A stretch of DNA of 64,000 nt from Clostridia bacterium. GTDB taxonomy: Bacteria; Bacillota; Clostridia; Oscillospirales; CAG-272. The DNA lies in the NCBI GenBank assembly GCA_017628875.1, contig JAGBYG010000017.1, forward strand, positions 14,622-78,621, in the 5' to 3' direction. The notes beneath the pieces were generated by a model that was not told the DNA's origin, did not search any database, and saw only the letters and a list, made by a program, of their open reading frames with translations. Of this stretch, positions 1 through 10,567 are shown piece by piece (position 1 is the first letter of the stretch; every line of letters starts with the position of its first letter). The position numbers and the translations under genes are program-made.

Positions 1-1535
1 ACGTCATTTCCAGATCCCATACCTCCACTACTCATTGTGTTATCGTAGTTGAGGTGACCACCGTCGAAGCCCTGATATCCATGTGTTGTAACAATAACTC
101 TATGATTGGGGTGTGCAAGTACTACTGCGTTTGCCCATTCAAGCATTTCATCACTTGGAGCAAAGTCAAGTGTCAATAACAAATAATCCGTTGTTCCAGC
201 TCTAAATGTCTTATAGGAGTTTCTAATATCTCCTTCAACCATATAGTATCCACCAAACTGACTCATATAAGCTTCGTTGGCAAAATACTTCGCAAAGTAT
301 TTAGATTCATCGTGATTACCACGAATCAATGAATAAGGTACAACGCCATTAAGCTTGAAAATATATTCTTGAGCAAGAATCCACTCAGCTTCACTTTTTG
401 AGTTATTCCATTCTTCAGTAATATCACCAAGTCCCATTACGTGAGCGATTTTTTTAGATTCTGCATTATCAAGAATCCAATCATAAATGCCTTCAAACTT
501 TTCAGGAATGTTTTGTATGAGCCACTGTGTATCACCAACCACTGCAAATGAATATGAATAATCAAATGAAGGCTCGTGAGAATCAATCCATTCCTTAGCA
601 ATACCATTACCATTGGGGGACAAGTCCTGAATATCATCCTTGCCGCTATCCTTATTAAGCTCGTAATGAACAAGAATATTATCTGCATTGCTATCGATTC
701 CGTTTGTCGCGGATTCAGCAAGTTCTTCGGCAGTTCTTACATCTGAATATACTGCGATGGACTTAATTTGTCCCTTAAAATAGACACCATTTCCTCTTCT
801 TCCGTCACCGCCAAGAATAAAGCCATATCTTGTAATATCTTCAGCCAAGTCATTAACTATAGCTATACTTTGAGCAAGCTCACCGTCAAGATAAACGGAC
901 ATTGTTTTATTTTCATAATCGAAAGTGAAAGCGATATGTACCCAATCACCAGTTCTTACGTCAACTTCATTAAACTTGACATCCTTAATATTTCCTGCTA
1001 TATCGTGGTAATAGAATCTTGGAACACCATTTTCGGAAATTTCAAAGTGCCAGTCCTGTCTAATACCCAAATAGTTACTAAAAATAGCACCTACGCGTCC
1101 TGTAAATGCAGGATCAACGTAAATATCCGCTTCAAGAGTCAAGGGTGTCTTGGGAAGCTTTTCGTCCATTTTATAGAACGTTGATGCCAAAAATTCCATT
1201 CCGTCAAGAGTAACGTCGGGATTTTCGCTTCCGCCATTGTTATACTCATCATAAGTGATTTTTTGAGCGGATTTTTTACCACATTCCATACATGTGAATG
1301 TCTTGATACCGTCACTGTCTGGAGTGGGGATAATTGTAATTACACCGTCATTCCAAACGTGCTCTTCAAGACCGTCCTTTTCACCGCACTCACAAGCATA
1401 CCAGTGATGCGTAGCATTATTAGAATATGTATCCTCAAAGCTGTGAGTGTGTTCGGGCTGCGGTTCAACTCCTCCACAAGAGCAAAGCAATATAACTGCA
1501 ACCATCAATAAAGCTACTAAAATTTTAATTTTCAT
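1..1535 (-). CDS. Lipoprotein: Cys/His-rich N-terminal segment + LamG-like beta-sandwich + calcineurin-like metallophosphoesterase (C-terminal end runs off the window)
   Basis: Absent from the ORF track because there is no stop in the window. My own minus-strand translation from ATG at 1535 (RBS AAAGGGGGA just upstream) gives the lipobox MKIKILVALLMVAVILLCSCGG. Later motifs are GLGDITEE and LIRGNHDE (codons at 306-329, in frame with the start). Confidence 0.7.
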   Translation of the reverse strand, partial: MKIKILVALLMVAVILLCSCGGVEPQPEHTHSFEDTYSNNATHHWYACECGEKDGLEEHVWNDGVITIIPTPDSDGIKTFTCMECGKKSAQKITYDEYNNGGSENPDVTLDGMEFLASTFYKMDEKLPKTPLTLEADIYVDPAFTGRVGAIFSNYLGIRQDWHFEISENGVPRFYYHDIAGNIKDVKFNEVDVRTGDWVHIAFTFDYENKTMSVYLDGELAQSIAIVNDLAEDITRYGFILGGDGRRGNGVYFKGQIKSIAVYSDVRTAEELAESATNGIDSNADNILVHYELNKDSGKDDIQDLSPNGNGIAKEWIDSHEPSFDYSYSFAVVGDTQWLIQNIPEKFEGIYDWILDNAESKKIAHVMGLGDITEEWNNSKSEAEWILAQEYIFKLNGVVPYSLIRGNHDESKYFAKYFANEAYMSQFGGYYMVEGDIRNSYKTFRAGTTDYLLLTLDFAPSDEMLEWANAVVLAHPNHRVIVTTHGYQGFDGGHLNYDNTMSSGGMGSGND

Positions 1536-1581
1536 TCTAAATCCCCCTTTGGTGATTTTTTAATCTATTTTTGTTAATAGA

Positions 1582-3780
1582 TCATCTTTTTACTATACCG
1601 TTAGCCGTAACGTCTGCTACTTCTTGGTTATCATTCCAAAGTGCACCGAGCCAGCTAAAGTTTGTACCGTTAAAACCAACTTTAATTGCGTGTGTTGTAG
1701 AAACACCTTCAACGCAAAGTTCAACGGTAGTTACGTACTTGCCATTAACCATTTCGGTTTTTGACACGCCGTGTGTAATATTGCTTGAATATGTAGCAAC
1801 TCCCTCATAGAAAATTACTGTATAGGAAGTACCGCTATTCAATTTAAATTCAATATTATCATTGAGCCACCAATCGCTGTTAAGCGGGCTCCATTCTCCG
1901 TGGGTAAGCTCAAATGACATGTAAAGATTACCGTCCTTTATCATACCCGCGAATTTAACCGACAAATTACCGTTAGTAGCGGAAATAACATCGCCAACGT
2001 ATTCGCCGTCTGAAATTACAGCATCAAAAACTACACCGCTCATAGTAAGGTCTCCAACAGAAACCTCAACAGTAGCAGATTTGCCTGCACATTCAACAGT
2101 AATTGTTGCGCTGCCCTTCTTTGTAGCAGTTAAAACTCCGTTTTCATCAACCGACACTATTTCGGGATCACTTGATGTGTATTTCACAAAATAATCAACG
2201 TCAACTGATTTATTAACAACCAACTGATGCATAGTACCCGATTCGGTAAAGCCCAAACTAAGTGTTTCATCAACTATAAGCTCAAAATCCGCATCACTTT
2301 CACGGTTTTCAAACGAAACTCCGTTAAGGAAGTTAATTCCTGCATTAACGAGCTTCTTTGCGCCTTCAACATCAGCGCCGTCCTTATATAATTCTTCACT
2401 TGCAAGTCCTGCAACACTGCCGCAAACGTATCTTGAAGAATACATATACTGACCCTCTGGATTTTTAATATACGCTATAGCGGTATATGAAGTGTTGAGA
2501 TCCTCATAAAATACGTTTGATATTTTACCGCTGAAATAAATGTCGGAACAATCCTCGTCAATCGTTTCTAAAGTCACGTTTGATTTTACTTGCTGATATG
2601 CAACAAATGCCTCGTCAAGCGCCTCGAAATAATTGCCGTTAATATCGTGTTCATCTAATTTTGATGTAGGAACGAATATAAAGCCGTATTCATACTTATT
2701 GCGAGTATCGTAATTAGTCAAATTAGCTCTGAATTCAAGTCCCGTTTCATCAACTAACAACTTAATCTCGTTGTCTATGCTTACTCTTTCATTGAAATAT
2801 GAGTCATTTTCTATTTCAAACGTTTCAAGAAGTGTAACGAATGCTTCACCAAGATATTGCTGACCTGCCGCATTGAAATGCCAGTCGTCGTGCTGAACGA
2901 GGGGCATACAGTCAACGCAACCAACGTTGTCCATTTCGCTCGCAACCGTTGTCATCGCAGCTCTTACCATTCCCTGATATGTGGGAGGCGCGCTATTCTT
3001 TGTATTCCACTTAGGAAGACCACAGATAAAGGGCACATTACCACAATCATAGCCCGTTACTTCACTAAGCATATTTCTTGTGTCATAAATAAGAGTTTCA
3101 AAAAGCTCTCTGTATGCGGAAGCCATTTCAAGCGTAAACATTTCTGCTTCGCCCTGCATCCACCACACACCCTTGATAACAGGGGTGTAACCGTCCTCAA
3201 TAAGCAACTCAATCGCATCTGTAACAGTTTTTTCAAAGCGGTTGAACATATTGCCTATCAAAGGATTTTTTGACGTATCAATATTATTGTTTTTAATATA
3301 CGAGGGAGAAGTCCAAGTTCCCTGCTTCAAGGAAACGTCATATTGAGTGTCGGGATAAAGGTGAGTAGCACCCCAAGCACACTTAATAATTGCATTCATT
3401 TCGCCGTAATCAGCTATCGCGTTGGCAATACCGATCTCCGCGCCCGAGCGATCTTTTGCAACACCCATACCGAGTGTTACGGGTTCAAATCCGTTGTCAA
3501 GATTTTTGCCGTTCCAACGCTCTTGCTCACCGTAATACAAAACGTTTTCAAATCCTTCGGTAAATCTCTCGTCGGATTTGGCAATTTTGTTGCCGGTATC
3601 CATACCGTAACCAACGGCATTGGACTGACCTGCAATCAAATATACGTTAATAATTTTTTCAGTGCCTGACATTTGTTTTTCATCCTCCGGCTTCGGGTCA
3701 TCACCACCAAAGAGATTACACGAAGCTAAAGAAAATATTAAAAGCAACAACAATATTAAAGAAACATTTCTCATTTTCAT
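1582..3780 (-). CDS. Lipoprotein, SASA-type (sialate/carbohydrate) O-acetylesterase + Big_2 Ig-like domain + CBM9-like C-terminal beta-sandwich (last domain tentative)
   Basis: Lipobox LIFSLASC. Esterase motif YLIAGQSNAVGYG. Big_2-like VTATKKGSATITVECAGKSATVEV. RBS TGAGGT 8 nt before the ATG. Confidence 0.7.
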   Translation of the reverse strand: MKMRNVSLILLLLLIFSLASCNLFGGDDPKPEDEKQMSGTEKIINVYLIAGQSNAVGYGMDTGNKIAKSDERFTEGFENVLYYGEQERWNGKNLDNGFEPVTLGMGVAKDRSGAEIGIANAIADYGEMNAIIKCAWGATHLYPDTQYDVSLKQGTWTSPSYIKNNNIDTSKNPLIGNMFNRFEKTVTDAIELLIEDGYTPVIKGVWWMQGEAEMFTLEMASAYRELFETLIYDTRNMLSEVTGYDCGNVPFICGLPKWNTKNSAPPTYQGMVRAAMTTVASEMDNVGCVDCMPLVQHDDWHFNAAGQQYLGEAFVTLLETFEIENDSYFNERVSIDNEIKLLVDETGLEFRANLTNYDTRNKYEYGFIFVPTSKLDEHDINGNYFEALDEAFVAYQQVKSNVTLETIDEDCSDIYFSGKISNVFYEDLNTSYTAIAYIKNPEGQYMYSSRYVCGSVAGLASEELYKDGADVEGAKKLVNAGINFLNGVSFENRESDADFELIVDETLSLGFTESGTMHQLVVNKSVDVDYFVKYTSSDPEIVSVDENGVLTATKKGSATITVECAGKSATVEVSVGDLTMSGVVFDAVISDGEYVGDVISATNGNLSVKFAGMIKDGNLYMSFELTHGEWSPLNSDWWLNDNIEFKLNSGTSYTVIFYEGVATYSSNITHGVSKTEMVNGKYVTTVELCVEGVSTTHAIKVGFNGTNFSWLGALWNDNQEVADVTANGIVKR

Positions 3781-3817
3781 TATTGTTTACCTCATTTTTC
3801 ATAGTTTTACAAATTTG

Positions 3818-3845
3818 GCAAGAAAGGGCAGGAGCCCTTTCTTGC
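3818..3845 (-). terminator. GC-rich hairpin downstream of the 3866-6406 gene
   Basis: Arms GCAAGAAAGGGC and GCCCTTTCTTGC (12 bp perfect stem) flank the 4-nt loop agga. The trailing T-run on the minus strand is weak. Confidence 0.5.
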
Positions 3846-3865
3846 ATTAGTTATTGATTAAAGAA

Positions 3866-6406
3866 TTATTCGTACTTAAGATATGATGCACCGCTACCAA
3901 CAACTTCACCAATATTAGAACCTGTACCTGTAACCGTTCCGTAATTATAGCAATTCGTTGTTGTCTTATTAATTAATCCAAAAGCACCACCAACATAAGA
4001 TTTACCGCTAATGTTACCATAGTTTACACAATCAGAAAGAGTTCCCTTTGCATCTTTAGAAGCACCACCAATACCAGCTACGTAATCACCTGTACTAGAT
4101 ATATCACCAAAGTTTACACAATCTTTAATATTGCCTTTTGCAAATCCTGCCATGCCGCCAACTTGATAACTTGTTCCCTTAACAGTACCGTAGTTTACGC
4201 ATCCGATAATATAAGATGTATTATTAGTTTCAAGATATCCAACTACACCAGCTACCTGTTGAGTTCCGGAAACGTTAACATAGTTTGTTACGTTTTCAAT
4301 TTTTGAGCCTGTGAGATAAGATACAACACCACCAGTACGAGCAGTAGTTGAAGTCACATTACCATAAGTGCTAAGGTTCATTATATATCCACCTGTCAAG
4401 CAACCAAACAAAGATTGAGCAGAACTAATACCTCTAATTGAACAATTGTTACCGTCAAAATTGCCTGCAAAATACTTAGATGCGGAATACAAACCAATGT
4501 TAAGAGAATGGCCATTCAAATCAATGCTCTTTGTCATCTTGAAGTACTGACCCTTGAAGTTAGCTGCTTTAGCAGTGGAATCATTTACAACCTTTGCAAT
4601 ATATGCAAGGTCTGCACCGCTCTGAACGAGATAAGGATCTTCTTCTGTACCCGAACCTGCAAGAGATGTGCTTACAGAAACACCGTCCCAAACGTCAACT
4701 TCAGAATAGTAAATTGTGAATGTATAAGTTGCTGCTGCATCGTGGAAGCCGAACTTCACATATTCGTGAGAAGCTGTTCTGCCTGCAATTTCACGAGCAT
4801 TGATAGTTGCGATAGAATTTGTCAACGTAACGTCTTCTTCAACTGACTGTGTATATGTTCCTTCTTCAAATACATAGTTATATGTATATGTAACCTTTGT
4901 TGCAGTAACGTTAAGAGTTACTGAGCTTGGTTTTACAGTTTCTGTTGCAGCGTGAGAAGCATCGTTTGCACAAACCTTAGATGCTGTGCAAGTTAATTCG
5001 TCTGCAGACCACAAATAGGATAATTCATATGCGTGACCAAGAGCAGGAATTTCTTTCTGTGCAAGAGTTGTTTCGCCACAAATTGAGCACTTCTTACCTT
5101 CTGTAAGACCTGCAACTTCACAAGTAGCTGCCTTGCCGGGAATAGCATATTCTTCGTGACCGTAAGCTGCTACTTCATTCTGTGCTACAGTTGTTTCTCC
5201 GCAAACTGAACACTTCTTACCCTCTGTAAGACCGGTGTTAACGCAATCGGGTTCAACTGCAGGAAGTACTTCTTCAGTATGAGCAGCCAAAGGAAGTGCC
5301 TTTGTTTCTCTGCTGAGCTCTTCACCACATCTTGAGCACTTAACTACGCTCTCATAAGAACCTGCTACTGTACATGTTGATTCAACTCTGTTTTCTTCAA
5401 CTGCATCTGCAGGAACGTGATCTGTGCAAAGGTCTGTTTTACAAACATCACAAATAAAGTCGCCATTATCGTCCTTGTGTCCAAGTGCATCAATAACTTC
5501 CTGTTCAAGAGTTGTTTCGCCACATACTGAACACTTCTTACCGTCTTTAAGACCTGTTTCTATACAAGTTGCGTCCTTGCCTGCTACTGTTTCTTCTGTG
5601 TGTCCGTTTGCAGCAACTCTTGTCTGAGCAACAAGAATTTCACCGCAAACTGAGCACTTCTTACCTTCAGTAAGACCTGTTTCTGTACAAGTGGGAGCTT
5701 TGGCAGCAATAATTTCTTCTGTATGACCAAGAGCCACAACCTCTTCCTGTGCAACGAGAACTTCGTTGCAAACTGAGCAATGCTTGCCTTCTGTCTTACC
5801 TGCGTTTACGCAATCAGCTGCTACAGCTGCGTCAATAACTTCTGTATGACCAAGTGCAGGAACTTCTTCCTGAGCTACAAGAACTTCAAAACATACTGAG
5901 CAATGTTTACCTGCTGTCTTACCTGCTTCTGTACAAGTAGCCGCTACTGCTTCGTCAACTACCTCGGTATGACCGTTCGCCTTGATTTCCTTCTGCTCAA
6001 CGAGAACTTCTTCACAAGTTGAGCAATGCTTACCTTCTGTAAGACCTACTTCTGTACAAGTGGGCTCGCGCATTGCGTCAACCACTTCTGTGTGACCGGG
6101 AGCAGTAATTACTTCCTGTGAAACGACAACTTCCATACAAACTGAGCAGTATTTACCTTCGGTAATACCGTCTTCTGTACAAGTAACTTCCTTGCCGTTT
6201 TGTGTAACGAGCGTATGCTCGGCTTTTTCACCGTAGCTTTCGCCACATTTTTCGCATACGGCTGCTGCTTCACAAGTAGCCGTTCCGCCTGTATGCTCAC
6301 AAGCAGTGGGTGTAGTGGGTTGAGGGTCTATTTCACAAGCAGTAAATACTGCAAGTGCAAGAACAACTACCATCACTACAACGAGTGTTTTAATGATGTT
6401 TTTCAT
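3866..6406 (-). CDS. Membrane-anchored/lipoprotein surface protein: nine Cys/His-rich 41-aa tandem repeats + GLUG-motif beta-helix-like C-terminal module
   Basis: N-terminal signal VVVLALAVFTAC. Repeats of the type GHTEVVDAxxxPTCTExGLTEGKxCSVCxEVLVxQ. The C-terminus has repeated VAGVVGYL / VGGMAGFA / VAGIGGAS / VGGAFGLI (GLUG-like) segments. Strong RBS AAGGAGAA. Confidence 0.75.
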   Translation of the reverse strand: MKNIIKTLVVVMVVVLALAVFTACEIDPQPTTPTACEHTGGTATCEAAAVCEKCGESYGEKAEHTLVTQNGKEVTCTEDGITEGKYCSVCMEVVVSQEVITAPGHTEVVDAMREPTCTEVGLTEGKHCSTCEEVLVEQKEIKANGHTEVVDEAVAATCTEAGKTAGKHCSVCFEVLVAQEEVPALGHTEVIDAAVAADCVNAGKTEGKHCSVCNEVLVAQEEVVALGHTEEIIAAKAPTCTETGLTEGKKCSVCGEILVAQTRVAANGHTEETVAGKDATCIETGLKDGKKCSVCGETTLEQEVIDALGHKDDNGDFICDVCKTDLCTDHVPADAVEENRVESTCTVAGSYESVVKCSRCGEELSRETKALPLAAHTEEVLPAVEPDCVNTGLTEGKKCSVCGETTVAQNEVAAYGHEEYAIPGKAATCEVAGLTEGKKCSICGETTLAQKEIPALGHAYELSYLWSADELTCTASKVCANDASHAATETVKPSSVTLNVTATKVTYTYNYVFEEGTYTQSVEEDVTLTNSIATINAREIAGRTASHEYVKFGFHDAAATYTFTIYYSEVDVWDGVSVSTSLAGSGTEEDPYLVQSGADLAYIAKVVNDSTAKAANFKGQYFKMTKSIDLNGHSLNIGLYSASKYFAGNFDGNNCSIRGISSAQSLFGCLTGGYIMNLSTYGNVTSTTARTGGVVSYLTGSKIENVTNYVNVSGTQQVAGVVGYLETNNTSYIIGCVNYGTVKGTSYQVGGMAGFAKGNIKDCVNFGDISSTGDYVAGIGGASKDAKGTLSDCVNYGNISGKSYVGGAFGLINKTTTNCYNYGTVTGTGSNIGEVVGSGASYLKYE
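5036..6220 (-). repeat. In-frame tandem coding repeats, 123-nt (41-aa) period, about 9 units (one expanded to 66 aa)
   Basis: G/A-H dipeptides that start each unit fall at residues 104, 145, 186, 227, 268, 309, 375, 416 and 457 of the 846-aa protein. Recurring DNA string gagcacttcttaccttctgtaagacc. Confidence 0.85.
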
Positions 6407-6479
6407 AGTTTTTCTCCTTTTTTAAACTAAGAATTTATGATTAATTCTATTAATCAACTAATTAATTTTGTGTTTTCCG

Positions 6480-8756
6480 TCACCACGGTCTGTATTTTAC
6501 TACAATGTCATCAAAATTGATGCTTCTGTTTATCTCGGAATGTTTATTCAAAAAGTTTACCAAATCCTCCATCTGCTCATAGGTAATATTAATATCACCG
6601 TCGCAAATAGTAACTCGGAGTGCCTTTGAATCAATCCAAAACAACTTTCTTTCAAAATCTTCAACATCGATTGGCAAATTATTGTCCTTAACGTATTGCT
6701 TAAACAAATCATTTTCAAACAATATTCCCGCAGGTGTATCCAAGGTATATTTTGAAGGAACTTCTTTTTCGATCAATACATCGGGCGCAAGTTTTTGTTC
6801 AAATTTTACACCTTCAAGGTGAATTTTTGCTTCATTAATTATTAAGTTGGTATTTAGTGCTACATAAACTTCATATTCTCCGCCCTCAAGCTCAAAAGAG
6901 TCTGTGGCATCACAATATGATTTTATATCATCAATATCAACCTCAATAATAACTTTTTCCGTGGTATTCGCTTTTACAAATACCTTGCCAAATGCCTTTA
7001 ATTCCTTAATAGGTCTGTATATATCGGAATTTTTCTTTCCTATATATATTTGTATAACGTCCTCGCCATCAATATCGCCTTCATTTGTAACGTCCAAAGA
7101 AACAATAATCTTTTCATTTGCAACATCATATTTGAAATTCGAATAATTGAATTTAGAATAGCTTAGTCCATATCCAAAAGGCAAAATAAAGCCATTTTCG
7201 TGCAAATCGTAATATCTATATCCAACATAAATATCATCGTGATAATATGTGTGGTAAATATCGCGTCTTGCATATTCATCATTGATAGGATTTTGCTTCA
7301 AGGATGAAATCCAAGTTTCAGGCAAACGTCCGCTTGGGTTGTTAGCCCCAAACAAATTGTTGTAAATCGCTTCACTCTGTCCCTCACCCGCAAGATAGGT
7401 TATAAACATCGAATTCGATGCTTCATAAACCTTTTCAACGTTCACAACGCTTCCGCTTACCAATACAGTCGCAAACGTGCCAAACACGTCTTTAACCATA
7501 TTAAGAACTTCAATCTGCTGTGGACGAAGGTCAATAGTGCTTCTATCAATGCCCTCGGATTCATCGTGCTGATACTGACCAAGGAATAACAATACTTTAT
7601 CGTATTTGCCTTGATATTTTTGCAATTCTTCAAGAGTAACGTTTGCTTTTTCTTCGTCATAGCATTCAACAAAATCATATTGAACACCGTTTTCGTTCAA
7701 AACGTCTAAGAAAGTGGTATCGCGGTATGCGTTTACCCAACCGCTTCCCTTTCCAACAAATCGCGCGTGATTTGCAAAATAGCCGAGAACCAAAATTTTG
7801 CTATCCTTTGCGATGGGCAAATAATCGTTGTCATTCTTCACCAAAACAATGGTTTTGTCTGCAACGCTTACCGCCTGAGCGTGAAGCTTGTCTAAATCAA
7901 GCTCGTCAAGTGGCTTCGTGTCCTTAAATTTGGAAATTGTTTGATAAATTTCGTTATCCAATTTAATCAAATCTTCGTCATCAAATGTCTTTCCATAGCC
8001 CCTATCCATAAAATCATAGCTCATTTTGGCTAAGGGCATTTCGATATTAAGACCGGTTCTATAAGTAACACCCTTGTCACTTACCGCGCACCAGTCAGAC
8101 ATAATAAGACCGCGGAAATTAAACTCTTTTCTGAGTTTCTTTTGCAACAAATATTCGGATTCGTTAACGTAAACTCCGTTTATTCTGTTGTAAGAGGTCA
8201 TTATCGACGATGGATTTGAGTATTTTAAGGTATATTTGAAACCTCTTAAATAAATTTCGTTCAAAGCGCGAAGTGAAACCTCGCTACTATTCACCGTTCT
8301 TCCGTGCTCTTGCGAATTACACGCGTAATGCTTAACGCACGCGCCAACTCCCATATCCTCAAGTCCGTTAACGTAATTTGCCGCCAAAATACCCGTCAAA
8401 TAGGGATCCTCGGAGAAATATTCAAAATTTCTGCCACACATTACGTATCTCTTGATGTTAATTCCGGGAGCTAACAAAATATTCGTCTTGTGATGTAAGC
8501 ACTCTTTTGCAATAAGCTCACCCGTTTCGTAGCAGGCGTCTTTATCAAAAGATGCAGCCAGTGCACTCGGTGTCGGCATACAAACAGTTTGAATTACCTC
8601 ATTCTGTTCTGTAAAGCCGTTTTTGAGGGGCTTTCGGAGTCCGCTTGGGCCGTCATTTAAAATTATGACGTTTTCGGGGTCGCGATAACTCGCAATCTCC
8701 CAAGCGGATAGCCCCGTTAGATATTTGTATCTGTTATATCTTTCGTTTTTGTTCAT
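6480..8756 (-). CDS. Glycoside hydrolase family 3 (beta-glucosidase/beta-xylosidase type), cytoplasmic
   Basis: KHYACNSQE, the nucleophile context GLIMSDWCAV and PFGYGLSYSKF are typical GH3 motifs. No signal peptide. Confidence 0.9.
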   Translation of the reverse strand: MNKNERYNRYKYLTGLSAWEIASYRDPENVIILNDGPSGLRKPLKNGFTEQNEVIQTVCMPTPSALAASFDKDACYETGELIAKECLHHKTNILLAPGINIKRYVMCGRNFEYFSEDPYLTGILAANYVNGLEDMGVGACVKHYACNSQEHGRTVNSSEVSLRALNEIYLRGFKYTLKYSNPSSIMTSYNRINGVYVNESEYLLQKKLRKEFNFRGLIMSDWCAVSDKGVTYRTGLNIEMPLAKMSYDFMDRGYGKTFDDEDLIKLDNEIYQTISKFKDTKPLDELDLDKLHAQAVSVADKTIVLVKNDNDYLPIAKDSKILVLGYFANHARFVGKGSGWVNAYRDTTFLDVLNENGVQYDFVECYDEEKANVTLEELQKYQGKYDKVLLFLGQYQHDESEGIDRSTIDLRPQQIEVLNMVKDVFGTFATVLVSGSVVNVEKVYEASNSMFITYLAGEGQSEAIYNNLFGANNPSGRLPETWISSLKQNPINDEYARRDIYHTYYHDDIYVGYRYYDLHENGFILPFGYGLSYSKFNYSNFKYDVANEKIIVSLDVTNEGDIDGEDVIQIYIGKKNSDIYRPIKELKAFGKVFVKANTTEKVIIEVDIDDIKSYCDATDSFELEGGEYEVYVALNTNLIINEAKIHLEGVKFEQKLAPDVLIEKEVPSKYTLDTPAGILFENDLFKQYVKDNNLPIDVEDFERKLFWIDSKALRVTICDGDINITYEQMEDLVNFLNKHSEINRSINFDDIVVKYRPW

Positions 8757-8759
8757 AAA

Positions 8760-10556
8760 TTATTTAACTAATTCACTAATTGAGAAGTATGAGTCGATAT
8801 TCTCTTCTGCCTTTTCGGTGAGATCGCCCGCAACCAAATAATTATCAGCGTCGCTCTTTACTCCGTCAACACTCGAAACGTTGTTATAATTGAAGCAAAG
8901 CTTAAGATCTTCGGGATTCTTAAGTCCAAGATCAGAGTAACTAATATAAAGCTCAAGTGTAAGTCCCTCGGATTCTTCGCCGTTCATAAGACCGCTTGTG
9001 GTAACGTGGAACTTGCAACTTGAAATCTTCTTATTATAAACAAGATTTCCGTATTCAAGCTTAATGTCATCACTATCCAAGCTCAAGCCGTTAGCATAAA
9101 CTCTCAAAAGGTTAGCAGCACTTAAGCAAATAGTTGTTCTGTTTGCAACGTCGCCTTCGGTAAGGTAAATGATGAAGTCATCGTTATTTTCCTTCTGACC
9201 CATATCACCCTTCTTCCAATTTTCGCCATCGGTCCAAATTTCGCTATCGTTGATCTTCGCAGCGATATAAAGACCTGATTTGCTGGCAACTACGTAAACC
9301 TCACCCAAAGAGTTTGGCAATTCAAGCTTATTTACATTTGCATATTCTGCAAGATTACCATCAACGTAAATGTGATTTTCAACAACATTTACAAGGAACG
9401 GAACTTCCTTAAGTCCTTCAGCTGTATTAACCTTAGCTTTTATCGTCTGCAAACCTGCTTTATTGCAATCGTATTCGGAATATTCCTCAACCTTAACGTA
9501 ACCGCTATAGTAGTTAGTAAAGCTTGCTTTAATATACTGTGGCAACTCAACCTTAACACCGAGCGGCACGTAAATTGCAGGTGTTTCAACCTTTTCTACA
9601 ATTCTTGTGTCATTGTAAGAAATGATTTCTGCAGCGATTCTATTACCCAAAATCATATTGCTCTCTGCACCAAAGTGCCAGGGCTCAAATGTATTCGTGT
9701 ACAAATCACTCGTCTTGATCAAGGAAACGTTTGCCATATTCTTTGCAACGTTTGCCTGAATTTCTCTTAATGTGTTTGAATATTTTGCACTGTTTGTCAA
9801 TGCTTCAGTAACCACAACGGGCATATCCGCATCATCAAAATAAGCTCTGAAGTCATTTATGAAGTGTGTCAATGCCTTTTCATAAATTGCCATATTCTCG
9901 TCAAATTTAGCATCCTGCTCACCGTGAACGAATGCCATACCGTCGATAACAACCTCATATCCAAGATCTGTAAGATCTGCTATTGCCTTTTCAACCAAGG
10001 AGTACAAATTACTTGTCAAGGGACCTGTTTGCTCTCCCTTTGAAGTTTCACTTACTTGATCAAAATTCAAAGAAGAAGCTATCTCGTTATCGTTTATCGC
10101 AGAGCTTGAATACCAGTGATCAGTAAACGTTGAGCCACTTGCGGTGTATTTAACAATAACTGTTTTATAGTCCGCATCAAATTTCGGATATGCTGAAGCC
10201 AATGTTTGACCCATACCAAGCTCGGGACCGAATTCGGATGGAAAATCGCCGTAACCGGGTTCAAGCACCTCGATATTTTTGGACTCGTCAATTCCGGGAA
10301 TATTTACCAAATCGCCCATAGGCAATCCGTCCGCCAAAATATCAACGTCAATATTCTCTTCCTTGTCCTCTTGGCTCAAATCACTAACGAGTGCCTTACC
10401 TCTCGCACCCGATTGACCTGCCAAAACGATCAAATGCACTCTGTTTTCTTCATCAACCGTATCATTAGCAGGAGGATCGGTTTTTTTGTTGTTATTGCAT
10501 GCAGCAAGGGGTAACAACATCAAGCAAACCATAAAAAACGCTATTAATCTTTTCAT
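8760..10556 (-). CDS. Lipoprotein, SASA-type O-acetylesterase + CBM9-like C-terminal domain (tentative)
   Basis: Lipobox LLPLAAC. LIVLAGQSGARGK esterase motif. RBS AAGGAGG. Paralogous in layout to 1582-3780. Confidence 0.7.
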   Translation of the reverse strand: MKRLIAFFMVCLMLLPLAACNNNKKTDPPANDTVDEENRVHLIVLAGQSGARGKALVSDLSQEDKEENIDVDILADGLPMGDLVNIPGIDESKNIEVLEPGYGDFPSEFGPELGMGQTLASAYPKFDADYKTVIVKYTASGSTFTDHWYSSSAINDNEIASSLNFDQVSETSKGEQTGPLTSNLYSLVEKAIADLTDLGYEVVIDGMAFVHGEQDAKFDENMAIYEKALTHFINDFRAYFDDADMPVVVTEALTNSAKYSNTLREIQANVAKNMANVSLIKTSDLYTNTFEPWHFGAESNMILGNRIAAEIISYNDTRIVEKVETPAIYVPLGVKVELPQYIKASFTNYYSGYVKVEEYSEYDCNKAGLQTIKAKVNTAEGLKEVPFLVNVVENHIYVDGNLAEYANVNKLELPNSLGEVYVVASKSGLYIAAKINDSEIWTDGENWKKGDMGQKENNDDFIIYLTEGDVANRTTICLSAANLLRVYANGLSLDSDDIKLEYGNLVYNKKISSCKFHVTTSGLMNGEESEGLTLELYISYSDLGLKNPEDLKLCFNYNNVSSVDGVKSDADNYLVAGDLTEKAEENIDSYFSISELVK

Positions 10557-10567
10557 TTTTTACCTCC

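Noticed and set aside
5036-6220. Regular 123-nt DNA repeats, which could be mistaken for a CRISPR-like or satellite array.
   Set aside because: The repeats are in frame within one long ORF and encode a conserved 41-aa peptide unit. There is no spacer/repeat alternation and there are no cas genes.
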